Shown: piece by piece, positions 1-12,405 of the stretch
How positions within the stretch are numbered: position 1 is the first letter of the stretch
Layout: the number at the start of each line of letters is the position of its first letter
Assembly (NCBI RefSeq): GCF_018977255.1
Contig: NW_024704742.1
Span: 20,958,001 to 21,022,000, forward strand
Origin: Callorhinchus milii
Lineage: Eukaryota
Direction of reading: 5' to 3'
Length of the DNA: 64,000 nucleotides
Program-made: the position numbers and the translations under genes
Notes under the pieces: model-generated
The model's database searches: none
The model's input: only the letters and a program-made list of their open reading frames with translations
What the model was told of the DNA's origin: nothing

Positions 1-334
1 CCTTGCCAAAGACCCAATGATCCATGAAGGTGTAGACAAATGTAAAAGGCAAGCACATGAGAGTAATGAGCAGATCAGAGATGGACAGGTTGACGATGAG
101 AATGTTGGTGACATTGTGCATTTCCTTCTGTTTCATGATAATGGTGATCAACATCAGGTTACCAGAGACTCCCAGAATGATGACAGCACTGTAAGCCAAG
201 GCTAATGTGAAAATCACGGCAGTGGGAGCTTGGCAGGGTTCATATTTGTCGAAGTCTAAGAAAGTAAAATTACTTATAGAGAAATTCAAGCGGACGGAAA
301 GGTTTCCAGCATTAACCCAAGGTGTCCTATCCAT
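1..334 (-). CDS. NPY1R: Neuropeptide Y receptor Y1, N-terminal part of the coding region (N-terminus, TM1, TM2, ECL1); continues beyond the left edge
   Basis: Manual translation from the ATG at 334: MDRTPWVNAGNLSVRLNFSISNFTFLDFDKYEPCQAPTAVIFTLALAYSAVIILGVSGNLMLITIIMKQKEMHNVTNILIVNLSISDLLITLMCLPFTFVYTFMDHWVFGK. This matches Y1 motifs (IFTLALAY, IILGVSGNL, KQKEMxNVTNILIVNLS, CLPFTFVYT, DHWVFG). It has N-glycosylation sequons in the N-terminus and lies divergent to NPY5R. Confidence 0.96.
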   Translation of the reverse strand, partial: MDRTPWVNAGNLSVRLNFSISNFTFLDFDKYEPCQAPTAVIFTLALAYSAVIILGVSGNLMLITIIMKQKEMHNVTNILIVNLSISDLLITLMCLPFTFVYTFMDHWVFGK

Positions 335-516
335 TGTCCCAAGTCTCTCTTCACCAAGTAAAGTGATTGGAGAATCACAAGGTTTTTGGTCCTCCTCTTT
401 CCTGGGATAAAATGGATTGGTCAATAAACTGTTTTTCTCACGTTTCACCTTATGCCGAGTCCCACAGAGAATGCTGTGCTGATCACAACTGCTGCTGTCC
501 TTTCTGGGAGATCTTC
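335..516 (-). other. NPY1R: Probable 5'UTR portion of the NPY1R coding exon, with splice acceptor at 517-518
   Basis: Minus strand reads ttttgtttccgtgatAG|gaagatc, a pyrimidine tract plus AG 182 nt upstream of the ATG. Mammalian NPY1R has non-coding upstream exons spliced shortly 5' of the ATG. Confidence 0.45.
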
Positions 517-671
517 CTATCACGGAAACAAAATGTTGCCATAATGCTATGAGTAAAATTTCTACAAATAACAATTGGCTGTGAAAAAAATAACCGCAAA
601 TAAACAAACCGGCAAAAGATTGTGCAAAATCCAGTCATTGAGTCATCTAACATTCTGCTTTAGATTTTGGT

Positions 672-895
672 ACAACAACTTGCATTTATATAGCGGATTT
701 CAGATAGGATAACCTCTCCCAGCTCTTTGTCGGGATGGGGTTAGAATGCCAAGCAAGACAGGAAAGGAAAGGTGGAGGTGCCTGTGGGTGCAAGACAACA
801 GATAGCTGTATTGGTGGGATTTAAAGAGAGGTAGAAGGAAGCGAGGTGGAGGGAGAGAGTTCCAGAGGTTAGGGGCATAATTTCTGGCCACAACA
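672..895 (-). mobile_element. L2 LINE 3' fragment
   Basis: caacaacttgcatttatatagcg tail, plus a gagagttccagag..ggggca segment resembling the L2 at 43811-46065. Confidence 0.6.
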
Positions 896-1307
896 GTTAG
901 AATCAAAATTGCACCTATCATATTTCTGTATTGACTTTTTTTTCATATTCCATTCACAGAACTGGATTTTCACATTCTCAGAGACAGGTAGAGATTTTGC
1001 TGAGTTACAAAACGCTTGCAGAATGACAATCTGTGAAATTATAGATGAGAGAAACACTTGCAATTCCAATAAAACAATACATCTTCTGGGAAAGGAAATT
1101 TGATTTGAAGACATTTTAAGATATAGGAGGTAAAGCAATATAGGAGGTAATGGCTCCTGTGAGACGCATATGCATAATGGGCCAAATGGCTGCTGACAGC
1201 AGAGTATTTAATAATTATTCTTGTATTTGGTATAGTAGCTATAGTGTCATAATATCTCAGAGTGCTTCATAAGTAATTGCTGTGAAGTATAGTGACTGTG
1301 TATAGGT

Positions 1308-1540
1308 AAGCAAACAGCGAGTTGTTTGGATCTGGAATGCATTTCCTGAAAGGGTGGTGGAAGCCGATTCGATAACAATTTTTAAGAGAGTAGTAGATAA
1401 TTATTGGGCCGGACAAGTTTGCAGGGTTATGGGGAGAGAGCGGGGAGTGGGATTGATTTGGTTAGTTCTTTTCAAAGAGCTGGCACAGAAATGGTGGGCT
1501 GAATGGCCACCTTACATGCTGTAAGATTCTATGATTCTAT
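1308..1540 (+). mobile_element. CR1 LINE 3' end, nested in an older SINE
   Basis: tggaatgc..agggtggtggaagc..tgggctgaatggcc ending in (attctatg)x2, a typical CR1 3' tail. Confidence 0.7.
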
Positions 1541-2118
1541 GTCATCCAATTAGCGCACAACAATATCCCCAAAACAGCCATGAAGTGAATGAACAATATA
1601 ATCTGGAGGATTGTTGCCCAGGTCACTGCGAGAAATTCTTTTCTTTTCAAATAGAGTCATGGGATCTTTAAAATCCATCTGCTCAGGCAACACCTAGAAT
1701 ACTGCATACAATTTGGGTCCCTGTGACATATAGTGCCTGAATCCTAGAAGCAGTATAAAGAAGAACAAGTCTGATACACCATGTTAGAGGAATGAGTTAC
1801 AACCAACAATTTGATAATTTAGGGAGTCTCAAAAACAGATGTCCTGGAGAGAACTTTATGGAGCTATATATGATGTCAAATGGGATATAGAAAACAAACC
1901 TACAAAAACAATAAGCTGGGCTTTTTGCTAAATCAATTGAGTTGAGATCCCCAGATGTCATTCTCAGGCTATAGAGTGTTGTGGTCAGACCGCCAGACAC
2001 GGATGGATAGACAGACACATTAACATCTCATCCGAAGGATGGCACAACCGACAATTCAATTCTCCCTCAGAACTATAATGTACCGTCAGCCTCGGCTGTG
2101 AGCTCAAAGACCTGGCAT

Positions 2119-2480
2119 GAGTCCTGTAGGTTAGTGGTTGGAGCACTCGCTTCACAAGCAAGAGGACCATTGTTTGATTCCTGGCAGGGCGAAACGTTGG
2201 AGAAGAATCCTTACTTACTAGCGGTAAGTAGGAACCCGGTTGTGAAACAAATGAAGGATTGCTTTTCTGTGAGCAATATTCCCTTCAAAATAAATAATAA
2301 TAATTTGGTCACTCAATCCATGACTGTTTATGGGACATTGCTGTGTGCAATTGGCTGCCGCGTTTTGCCCACAAAATATATACAGTCAATTCACATTACA
2401 CTATATTCTATGAAGTGCTTTGGGACATCTCAAAGACCTGATAAGGCGCTCTATTAAATTCAAGAATTATTATTATTATT
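2119..2480 (+). mobile_element. tRNA-derived Deu-domain SINE (older subfamily), inserted into an older SINE (about 2020-2540)
   Basis: gagtcctgtagg.. tRNA head; gggacattgctgtgtgcaattggctgccgcg core; L2-like tail ending in (tta)n. Confidence 0.85.
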
Positions 2481-3049
2481 AAACTCACAGTTCACTGACT
2501 CAGAGGCGAGAGTGCTACTAACTAAGCCAAACTGTCACCTTTTCTGTGGAACTTTAACCTGTTGACTGCTGGTGAGTTCATTTTTAAAGACTATTCAGCC
2601 TATTCTCAACAGGATTCACTAGATTACCCACAATTAAAGAATGCATAACTCACAACCATAAGGATAAGTAAGATTATAAAATGACAAGGTTGGCCAGGTT
2701 GTAAAAGATTGTCCTGAATATCCAGCCTGCTATCTTTCATTTACGGCATTTGCCCACATTAAACAGTCCATCTGCTTTACAGTATATCCTGTAAAGCACT
2801 TAGAGATCTCTCGAAGACGTGATAAGGTGCTTATATCAAATGCAAGGATTATTATTATTATTAAGCTGTTTTTTTAATGAGTCCATCAGTGTGAATCATC
2901 CTTCCTGGTAATCATTTTCAGCTTTTGACCAGCTTCTGTGCAAAACAAAATCCCGTCACAATCCTAAACCTGTTCTGCTGACTTGGTGTATCTCAACGAT
3001 TGACAATATTACAAGATTGGTCTGGATAAAAAAGGCCCTGATCTCAACC

Positions 3050-3600
3050 CTCCAGATCACCCACACTGGACTCCCCACATCACTGCAACAAGCTGCTTCA
3101 AAATCAATCTCGTGTCCTGATCTCTACCACCTTTCCTGGCAAACTGTTTTTGTTGTTGATTATCCTCTGCGTAAAGGAATACTTCCTGCTGCTATCTAGT
3201 CCGAAATTTCCCTTTACACCTTTAAACCTATGTCCTCTTGTTCTACTGTTATGATACATCCTAAAGTATTGATTTGGATTTACTGTTTCAATCCCATTTA
3301 AAATGTTGCACACCTCTATGCATTCCCCTCTGAGTTGTCTTCTCTCAAGACTGAAGAGCCCTAACTTGTCTAATCATTGGTCAAAGCTCATTCCTCTATC
3401 ATTGGGTATCATCCTCATTGCTCTCTTCTTCATTGCCTCTAGGGCCTATACAGCCCTCTTGTGTCACAGTGATTAGAACTGTATGCAGTATTCGAGACTG
3501 ACCAGAGCACTATACAGCCTGAGAATGACATCTGGGGAATTCAAATCAATTGATTTAGCAATACAGCCCAGCATCCTGTTTGCCTTGTTTTTATTTTTGC
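3050..3600 (-). mobile_element. CR1 LINE fragment (ORF2 C-terminus)
   Basis: ORF 3104-3313 includes SRTRGHRFK...SFTQRIIN, a CR1 ORF2 C-terminal motif. Confidence 0.75.
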
Positions 3601-3689
3601 CTTGGATTTGCTTTCTCTATCCCATTTGCAGGGATTTAATAATAAACGATTTAATAAATCCCTTCAAAAAAACAAACAAGAAAAATAAT

Positions 3690-3865
3690 AATTTGGTCAC
3701 TCAATCCTTGACTGTTTGTGGAACACTGCTGTGCGCAATTGGCTGCCGCGTTTCGCCCACAACATATACGGTCAATTTAATTCACAGTATATTCTGTGAA
3801 GCGCTTTGAGACATCTCGAAGACGTGATAAGGCGCTGTATCAAATGCAAGGGTTATTATGATTAT
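3690..3865 (+). mobile_element. 5'-truncated Deu-SINE (core plus tail)
   Basis: gctgtgcgcaattggctgccgcg...gtgaagcgctttgagacatctcgaagacgtgataaggcgct...aatgcaag. Confidence 0.8.
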
Positions 3866-6023
3866 TGACAACATATATTGCTCTATAAGGTTCTCTCTGG
3901 ACCAAAATTGTATGCAGTATTGCTCTGCCAATATCAAGTGCTCTGGGACACTGCCCTGAGTGAGTAAGTGCAAGTTGTTGTATTGCCTAAGCAGAGCAAG
4001 GATAGTTTGACCATAACTTCTAGGGATTTGAGTCTTTATATTTTCCATGTTCTTCTTCCTAAGACCCTTGTCTTAAAATTTAAGACCATGAAAAATATGG
4101 AAAACAATTTTAAATTTTGTCTTAATTTGGAAGCTGATTTTCCACACTTCTTTTTGAAACTGCAAAATTGTAGATTTTCGGCCCCAGGCGAAGACTGATG
4201 TTACGCCTGTTTAGCTTAGAATGATCATTAACTCTAAGAAATAGTTTTGCAAGTCTTAATAAGAGGAATGTTGGGCCCCAGAAGTCCTATCAGATATGCT
4301 TTTTTTATTAAAGTACATTTGTATTAGCTTCTTGAATGCAGCACCAAAAATGTTACTTTCACCTATCCAGGCTGTCTGATGAATTTCTTTCTTCAGTCAT
4401 TTGTAACGAGAGCTCTGCAAAATGCTGTAGCTTTGCAAGATTTCTTAGTCACCAAAGCGATAAAATGCCCATAGGCACTTGTTCAATGCTGTCATTCCAT
4501 GGAGTGGTTACAATGTAAAAGAAGGAATACCTTGAAGGACGATCATGTTGTATTCAATCTCCTTCACACACAGATACATTACCTTTACTTTCTCTATCCC
4601 TTATCTGTCATAACAAGAGACTCAATACAAAAACGTGGACACTGAAAATCTGAAATAAAAACAGCAAATGCTGGAAATTCATAACAGATCAGCCAGGATT
4701 GAAAGGGACAGTTACAGATGTAACAATAGCTTGATTTTCTCTTTCACATACTGACCACCCCACCCCCAACCACCATCACCACAAGGATCACTCAGTGCAC
4801 ACACATTGCATTCTTTTTTTTAAATAACAAAAATAACAAAATGAAATGAAGTGTTAATATTTCAAAGAATGATTTATTAAATTGTACCATTGGATCAATC
4901 ATTTGCCAAAGCTTCAAAGCTTAATTCTGCAATAATGCATACTAGCATGGGTTCATTACTGTTGTTGACAATGTGGTAGCTTGGAACTTGTTAATACTTT
5001 TCGCTTCTGCACCATCTTATTTGCATCTGTATGAGTTCCCCTGCTGCTCTACAAAATTGTGGATAGAATGATAGCAACCCTGTGTGCACAGCCAGTATAA
5101 TGGGAAACCACCATAACTTGCTTCATTGCACTCAACCTGAGATGTTGCTTTCATGTCAGTACCCAAGTATGAGAGAGACTCTATCTTGTAGGTCAAAAGC
5201 TCATAGTGAAGGTGAATCAGATGATTTACGGGAAATATTGGGTAGAGTATTCATTATTATTACTGTTGTAAGTAGACACCGTTATACTAACTTTGGATGA
5301 TTTCTGCCTTTATTGTCTTGCTGGAATAGTGCAATATAATTGCTTTCCAGCAGTAGAGCAGCTCTGTGCTTGACAGATGAGAAACGACTAGATGAGGCTC
5401 TTCAGCCTTGAAAAGAAATCTCAGATAGGATCTTTAAAAGATTATTAAGATGCTAAATGGTATAGTAAAAGCAAACATGGGACAGCACTTTCAGAAAAGA
5501 CAAGACAGCAGAACAAAAAGGTTCACAGATTTATGGCTATGAAGTGCAATTTTAGAGCAAACATCTCAAAATCACAAGAGAGGTTTGCATGAAGAAACCG
5601 CTTTAGCTCATTTAACATCATCCTTCTACCCAGTCATTTTTCCAATACAGCATCAAGCTGTTTTTAAATGAATCCAAAACACTCTTAAAGCACTCTTCTT
5701 GTAACTGTTCCAGGTGCTGATTCCTGGAATCAGTATTTCTTGATGGACTCATCAAGAAGTACTTCCCATGAGGGAAATTCCACCTGAGTCCAGATTTGAA
5801 CGATTTTCTTAGTATTTCAGAGCATATAGAAGTTGGTAAACACAAGTTTTCTCCAAATTCTTCGAGAACCAGCTTGAAAATTAGGTATGTATTTAAGTAT
5901 TTACCAAATTCTGCACGCTTTGAAACACCAAGTAAATAGTGTAAGTTTGTATCTGAATCTAGGTGTAATTTCCCCTCTCACTGATGTTTGACCTAAAATA
6001 GCCTAATACAATCCTGATCCTGT

Positions 6024-7965
6024 GAACATAGGAACAGGAATAGGCCATTCAGCGTTTTGAGTCTGTTCCGCCATTCAATTAGATCATGGCTTATCTGTAC
6101 CTCAACTAATCCTATCAATTCTAATTTCCTGCTTTTTCCCCATATTCCTTGTTACCCTGACCTACCGAAAATCTATTAACTCACCTCTTGAAGATGTGGA
6201 TGGATCCAGCATCCACAGTATTTTGGGGGAGACAGTCCCAAATTTCTACCACCCTTTGAGTAAAAAAAGTTTCCTGATTTCACTCTTAACAATGGCTGGT
6301 TCTAATTTTAAGACTACACCTCCTTGTTTTGGACTACCACCAGAGGAAATAACTTCTCTGTATCTACCCTGTCAAATCCCTTTATCATCTTGAACACTTC
6401 AATCAAATTCCCCTCAACCTTATAAAATCAAAGGAATACAATCCACGTTTATGCAGCCTTTTCTCGTAACTTAACTTTTAAGGGCTAGTAGCATTCTAGT
6501 GAACCTGCGCTGCATCCCATTCAGGGCCAATATATCTTTCCTGTGGTCAGGTGCACAAAACTGAATGCAGTACTCCAGATGGAGTCTGACCAATGCTCTA
6601 TACAACTGAAGTATCATTTCTACCGCTTTGTATTCCAGGCCCCTTGAGATAAAGATTGACATTCTATTTGCCCTTTTGATTACATTTTGCATCGTTTTTA
6701 GGAATTTGTGGATATGGACACCCAAACCCTTTTGCTCCTCTTTGGTTCTTAGTCTCTCCCCATTAAGAAAATATTCTGCTTTATCTTGTTTCAATCCATA
6801 GTGGATAATTGACCTCCATCTGCTACAGTTTTGCTCACTCATTTAATCTGTCTAAATCCCTTTGTAACATCCTATTCCCATCTACACAACTTACTGAGCT
6901 TCCTAGTTTAGTAGAGTCTGCAAACTTGGATATAAAACTTTCTATTCCTTCATCCAAGTCATTTATATATTTGGCAAAAAGTTGAGGTCCCAGTACAGAC
7001 CCCTGGGGGACACCACTTGTCATGTCCCCCAATCAGAGAATGTTCCCTTTATCCCTACTCTCTGTTTCTTGCCTCCCAACCAATTGCCAAGCCACTTCAC
7101 AAGGTTACCTCCGACTCCATGTAATAAACTTTTGTGTAGATCCTTATCAAATGCCTTCTGAAAGTCCATATTAATGACATCCATAGACACTCTCTTATCT
7201 ACCATTTTAGCAACCTCCTCAAAAAATTCAACTGGATTAGACAACCAACTATTCACAAATCCATGCTGTCTCTCTTTGACTAGCTCATACCTGTCCAAGT
7301 GTTCAGTCACTCTATCCCTGATGATGGATTCCAGTATTTTCACTACACCTGACGTTAAGCTCACAGGTCTGTAGTTTCCCGATTTCTCCCTCCCTCCTTT
7401 CTTAAATAATGGAATGACATTTGCAATTTTCCAATCTATAGGCACAATTCCCAAATCCATGATGTTTGGAAAATTATGACAAATGCACCTGTAATTTCCT
7501 CTCCTATTTCCTTTAACACCCTGGGGTGGAAACTATCAGCTCCTGGAGATTTGTCTATTTTGAGTCTCATTATTTTCTCCATTGCCATTTATTAATTTAT
7601 ATTAATTTTATTAAGCATTTTACTTTGACTTATTTTTAGGTTCCCCTGTCTGGCTGGTATTTTTGTCCTCATCCTCTACTGTAAAAACAGTAGCAAAGTA
7701 TTTATTTAACAAGTTAGCCATTTCCTTATTTTCCGTTATAGTCTCACCTATAGTTGTCTTCAATGGGCCCACATTTCCCTTGACTACTCTCTTTCTCTAA
7801 ATATACTGTATTTATAAAAGCTCTTACTATTGATTTTAATATCCTTTGCAAGTTTTTTTTTCATATTCCCTTTTTGCTCCTCTCATTACTTTCTTTGTGA
7901 CCCTTTGTTGCCTTTTGCAGTTCTCCCAGTCCTCTGCATTACCACTTTTTCTTGTGCCTTCTCAT
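6024..7965 (-). mobile_element. CR1 LINE, 5'-truncated, with frameshifted reverse transcriptase and 3' end
   Basis: Consecutive ORFs give [56 protein letters not shown] (catalytic FADD mutated) and LYRALVRLHLEYCIQF; CR1 tail near 6024. Confidence 0.93.
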
Positions 7966-8000
7966 TCTTTGCTTTGCGCCAACGTATAATAATAACAATA

Positions 8001-8257
8001 TAATAATAATCCTTGCATTTGATATAGTGCTTTTCACGTCGGGAGGACGTCCCAAAGCGCTTCACAAAATATACTGTAAAGTGAATTGACTGTATAATTG
8101 AAAATGACCAATTTATTATTGTTTTAGTTTTTTGTAGGGATTATTATTAGGCGTGTGGAGTAAGGAAACTTGCCCAAGGTTTCGCCCTCTGCCTGGAATT
8201 GAACCCAGGTCTCTCGCTTGCAAAGCGAGTGCTCTAACCACTGAGCTACAGGACTCC
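8001..8257 (-). mobile_element. Young tRNA(Ala)-derived SINE with the Deu core deleted
   Basis: Head and tail nearly identical to the 9768-10085 copy, but the gggacattgctgtgcgcaattggctgccgcg segment is missing at about 8096. Confidence 0.9.
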
Positions 8258-9159
8258 ACTTGCACTGACTGAAGGGTGGGCAATTATTTAACTGTTTGCC
8301 AGCAGTTGTGGGTTCCATCCACTCTGCAGAAATTCTGTGCTTTGGCCTCCTGCCCTATTTACACACTCTTTTGCGAATATTGCACATTGTGTCATTTGTG
8401 CTTTGAAATATTTTGACACTATATGAAATTACTTTTTTTTATATACATTTTATATACATGATTGCATATTTTAAAATCGATGAAGAAATCTGCAAACACA
8501 ATAGAACACAGTGGACAATTTCTTTGTTTCTTTTTCAAAGGGTTTATGCCCTTAAATTTCCTGTTCAGAACTAACGACAATGTACCTGCTTCTCAGACAC
8601 ACATCCATCTGCTTTGTGGGGGTCAGGTAGGAAGTTTACTTGCTAAATCTCAAGCTTTGCTGGTAGAAACATAACCCTGAAACAAGACATAAATTTAGGT
8701 CATTAGTAACAAAAGTGCATAACTAAGATAATAATAATAATCCTTGCATTTGATACAAAGCCTTATCAATTACCAGACGTCTCAAATCACTTCACCAGAT
8801 ATAGAATTGACTGTGTATTTTGTAGGATCTAACCACTACTAAAGCTGACCATGAGTTAAGACAAGCTCTTGACTCTAACTGGTCCTAGGATATTATCGAT
8901 TTGAGGTAAAGTTACTGTGACAGAAATCGAACTTGTATTATAATTTTCATTTCTCCCTTTGACAAAATTTGCTCTGAGTTTGCTTAGAAAACTCGCCTCA
9001 CTGTCTCTCACACGGTGTAACTCTCAGTTACAGTTGTGTATGGATCAGCGATTGACCTCTCAAACTGGCTGTCAGATTCAGCTCAGGATTCTCCCTGTCT
9101 GTCCCCCTCATCCCCATCAGCTCAGCTTTGTTTTCTCAGCACACTTTACACTCTGGCTC

Positions 9160-9550
9160 TTCTCTCTTTGTCTCTGAATCTTCTCCCTGCCTCACGGCCA
9201 CCCTCTCTCTCCTTTTTCTCTCCCTCACCCATTCCCCTCTCCCCCCCTCTCTCTCACCTATCCCCTATTTCTCTCTCCATCCCTCTCCTCCTCTATGTGC
9301 CTCAGCTTTCTCTCCCTCTCTCCCCCTTTCTCCCTGTTTCTGTCCCCCTCTCTCTGAGCTCTCCCCCTCTCTCTCTCAGCTCTCCCCCTCTCCCCTCCCT
9401 TTCACCCAGTTCTCTCCCTCAGCTCTCTCCCTCCTCTCTCTCCCCAACCCCCTTTCTCTCTCTCTCTTTGTCTCTGCACTCGTTCTCAGGTTCAAATGTC
9501 TTTCTCGTCAACTTAGCTCTTTCTCTCTCTAATGTATCGCCTCTTTCTTT
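9160..9550. repeat. CT-rich polypyrimidine low-complexity tract
   Basis: About 390 nt of mostly C/T, with internal ctcagctctcccc repeats. Confidence 0.9.
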
Positions 9551-9767
9551 TACCTAAAAGAAAGCACTCACACCCACTTAACAAGAGCACTAGAGAACAG
9601 TAAGAGGAGCGAGCTGTGTGGCAAGGGCACAGATAGACCACACAGAAGCTTGGTCCCCACAGCCCTGGCTGTCTGCCCACAGCAACACAGGATCACAGTA
9701 AAACAGAAAGGTGCGGGTCAGTAACCCACAAGGAAGAGTTTGAAGGCAGTGCTTTGGAGAGAAAGAA

Positions 9768-10085
9768 GAGTCCTGTAGCTCAGTGGTTAGAGCACTCGCT
9801 TTGCAAGTGAGAGACCCGAGTTCAATTCCAGGCAGGTCAGGGCGAAACCTTGGGCAAGTTTCCTTTCTCCACCCAGAGCCTAATAATAATCCTTCCAAAA
9901 AAACAATAATAAATTGGTCATTTTCAATCTACGACTGTTTGTGGGACATTGCTGTGCGCAATTGGCTGCCGCGTTCGCCCACAAATATACAGTCAATTCA
10001 CTTTACAGTGTATTCTGTGAAGCGCTTTGGGACGTCCTCCCGACGTGAAAAGCGCTATATCAAATGCAAGGATTATTATTATTAT
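9768..10085 (+). mobile_element. Full-length young tRNA(Ala)-Deu-L2tail SINE
   Basis: A box tagctcagtgg; anticodon arm CTCGC-TTTGCAA-GTGAG; B box gagttcaattcc; Deu core; tail ..atcaaatgcaaggattattatt. Confidence 0.95.
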
Positions 10086-10648
10086 AAGAGTATAATCTTG
10101 CACCACAATAAAGTTACTCTGCAACAAAGCCAGACATTGGATCCTTAGAACCAAACTAAAACATCAAACCACCACATAGAGATACTAACTATCTTTTTAA
10201 CCCTTTGTGTGTGACAATTAGAATCACATCTACACTGGGTTTAACACTTTACATAGGAAGGAACCGTCAGCCCCATTAACATTAGTATTAAAGTAGAATA
10301 AATTACTCTGCATTTAAAGTAAAATTGATCCTTGTTGCTTTCGTTTACTTTTTTTTCGCATCAAACAACCAGCCGCAGTTGTGAATGCAACAGAGCTCAA
10401 GAAAGTGGTTAGAAAACCGAGATGCCTTTGTAGAGAACACCACACAGCAAACAACTTACCAGTACATGCGTTTTAGAAGCATTTTTTTTTGGAAGCAGGG
10501 GGAAAAAAAAGATAGTTTGGTTATTCTGGAAAAATAGAATAAAGTATAACTGTTCGGCTCCATCTCCCAAACTTGTTGACTTGTTGAGAGTTGATTGCGG
10601 CTGCTTTGTTTTGTTATATTTTATTCTTTTGGGGAATAGGTGGCAAAC

Positions 10649-10683
<35 letters not shown>
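10649..10683. repeat. (AAT)n microsatellite
   Basis: Direct reading. Confidence 0.95.
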
Positions 10684-11445
10684 CCTTACATGAAACTGAT
10701 CAATAAAATTGGAGGGGGGTGGGGGAGAGGGATGTCTAACAGGAGTCAGTGCTGAAGCACTGTACACTGAAGCTCTGCTTAGCTGACAGAATCCAGAGCA
10801 AAAAAAAAGAAGATTCGAGGTATACAGTCGTGTTACCCATCTCATCTGACAACAATTCCTGACCCCAAACGTGTCAGCAAACAGAAGACTGTTCCCATTC
10901 CGAGTCAGTTAAATAGCCTTCTGAGCACATCAGCACCATCAATACAAACCAAACCCCCCCCCAACCCTCTCTCTCCCACTCCCCCACACAAAAGACTGGT
11001 TGCAACTTCTTTCTGCGACCAACACATGCAACAAAAAAAACCCCACACAACCCACAGACACCGTAAGGAATTCCACCCACCTCGACAAGGGAAGAGTGCA
11101 GAGTGTGCCCACCCTTTTAACTTGTTCAGCGAATAACTTACCAGTTATTCCAGTTGCATTGCCCGCTGTCTTATAAAGTGGAGGCGGATCCCTGGTGCTG
11201 AACTTCTTGTCAAATCACACTGCTGCCTGGTTCCTGGGCTGCCAGTGTCACTCACTGCTCTGCTCACACTTTTCCTGGGGGACTAGGGTTAAAACTGCAA
11301 AAACACAAAGGTCTCCTCGTTAAAGTTAAAGCATTGCACTCACTCTCACTCTCACTCACATACACAGACCAGCCCAGGCTTGGCTTGGCTTGTCTCTGCG
11401 ATTGCTTGGGTTTGCTAACTAACATTTGAGGCTGTTGGCCAGTTG

Positions 11446-11595
11446 CTTGGTTGGTTGCTTGGTTGGTTGGTTGTTTGGTTGGTTGGTTGGTTGGTTGCTG
11501 CCGCCTGCTGGACGTGATGCTGGTGAGAACTGGCCTGACCATGGTGTGGGTGGGTGTGTGTGGGTGGGTGTGGGTGGGTGTGGGTGTGGGTGGGT
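11446..11595. repeat. (GGTT)n and (GGGTGT/GGGT)n microsatellites
   Basis: Direct reading. Confidence 0.9.
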
Positions 11596-12330
11596 GACTG
11601 ACTGAGTGAAGGTCGCTCTGCCATCGCCAACACAACCAGCAAAACATGTCCCACATCCAGAGACACTCGGTCCTGTGATAACCTTACGAGGAGGATCAGA
11701 ATGACACCGTTTCCCATTCTCTTTCGCATTTCCAATTCTTCCTCTGCAAACCCCCCCCCCCCCCCCAACTCCCCTCCCTTCCCCTCCCCTCCCCACCACA
11801 AATGCATTTTTTTTTGGGATATACTGCAAGTAAAAATGCAATGCAATGCAATGCAATCGACTGGAATGATTCCCCCCTTTTTTTAAAAAAAAAAGAAAAG
11901 AAAAGAAAAAAGAAAGAAAGAGGGTTTGTTGGGTGCCTTGCAGCCTGGTTTAATAAAAAAAACGCTTACACCCTGCGAGGGACTTGCTTTGCTTTGCTTT
12001 GCTTTGCTTTGATGCACTTGTGAAAACACTTGTCATCTGAGCGTCGATGAGAGCGTCTCCTGTCTCTGGTGTTTCAACGGCGTAGTTCATCAGTGGATGT
12101 GAAGAAGAGAGCGTCCGGAGGGGATCGGTGTTAAAAAGCAGAGACAGAGGGGTCCCAAATGGATGGCGAGTTGGAGGTGGAAGGAGGAGGAGAGGGTTCG
12201 CTGAAGCAGAGATGATAGAGCGACACTCACACTCGCACACTCACTCTCACTCTCACTCTCACACACAGCAAATAAACATATGGCAACACCAGCCCTGTGA
12301 TCCGAGGAGAAAAGAGCATTTTGGACAGAC

Positions 12331-12400
<70 letters not shown>

Positions 12401-12405
12401 AGGGA
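12331..12405. repeat. (GA)n microsatellite
   Basis: Direct reading. Confidence 0.95.

Noticed and set aside
9036..9557. 173-aa and 134-aa S/L/P-rich ORFs
   Set aside because: Translations of the CT tract; no protein signal
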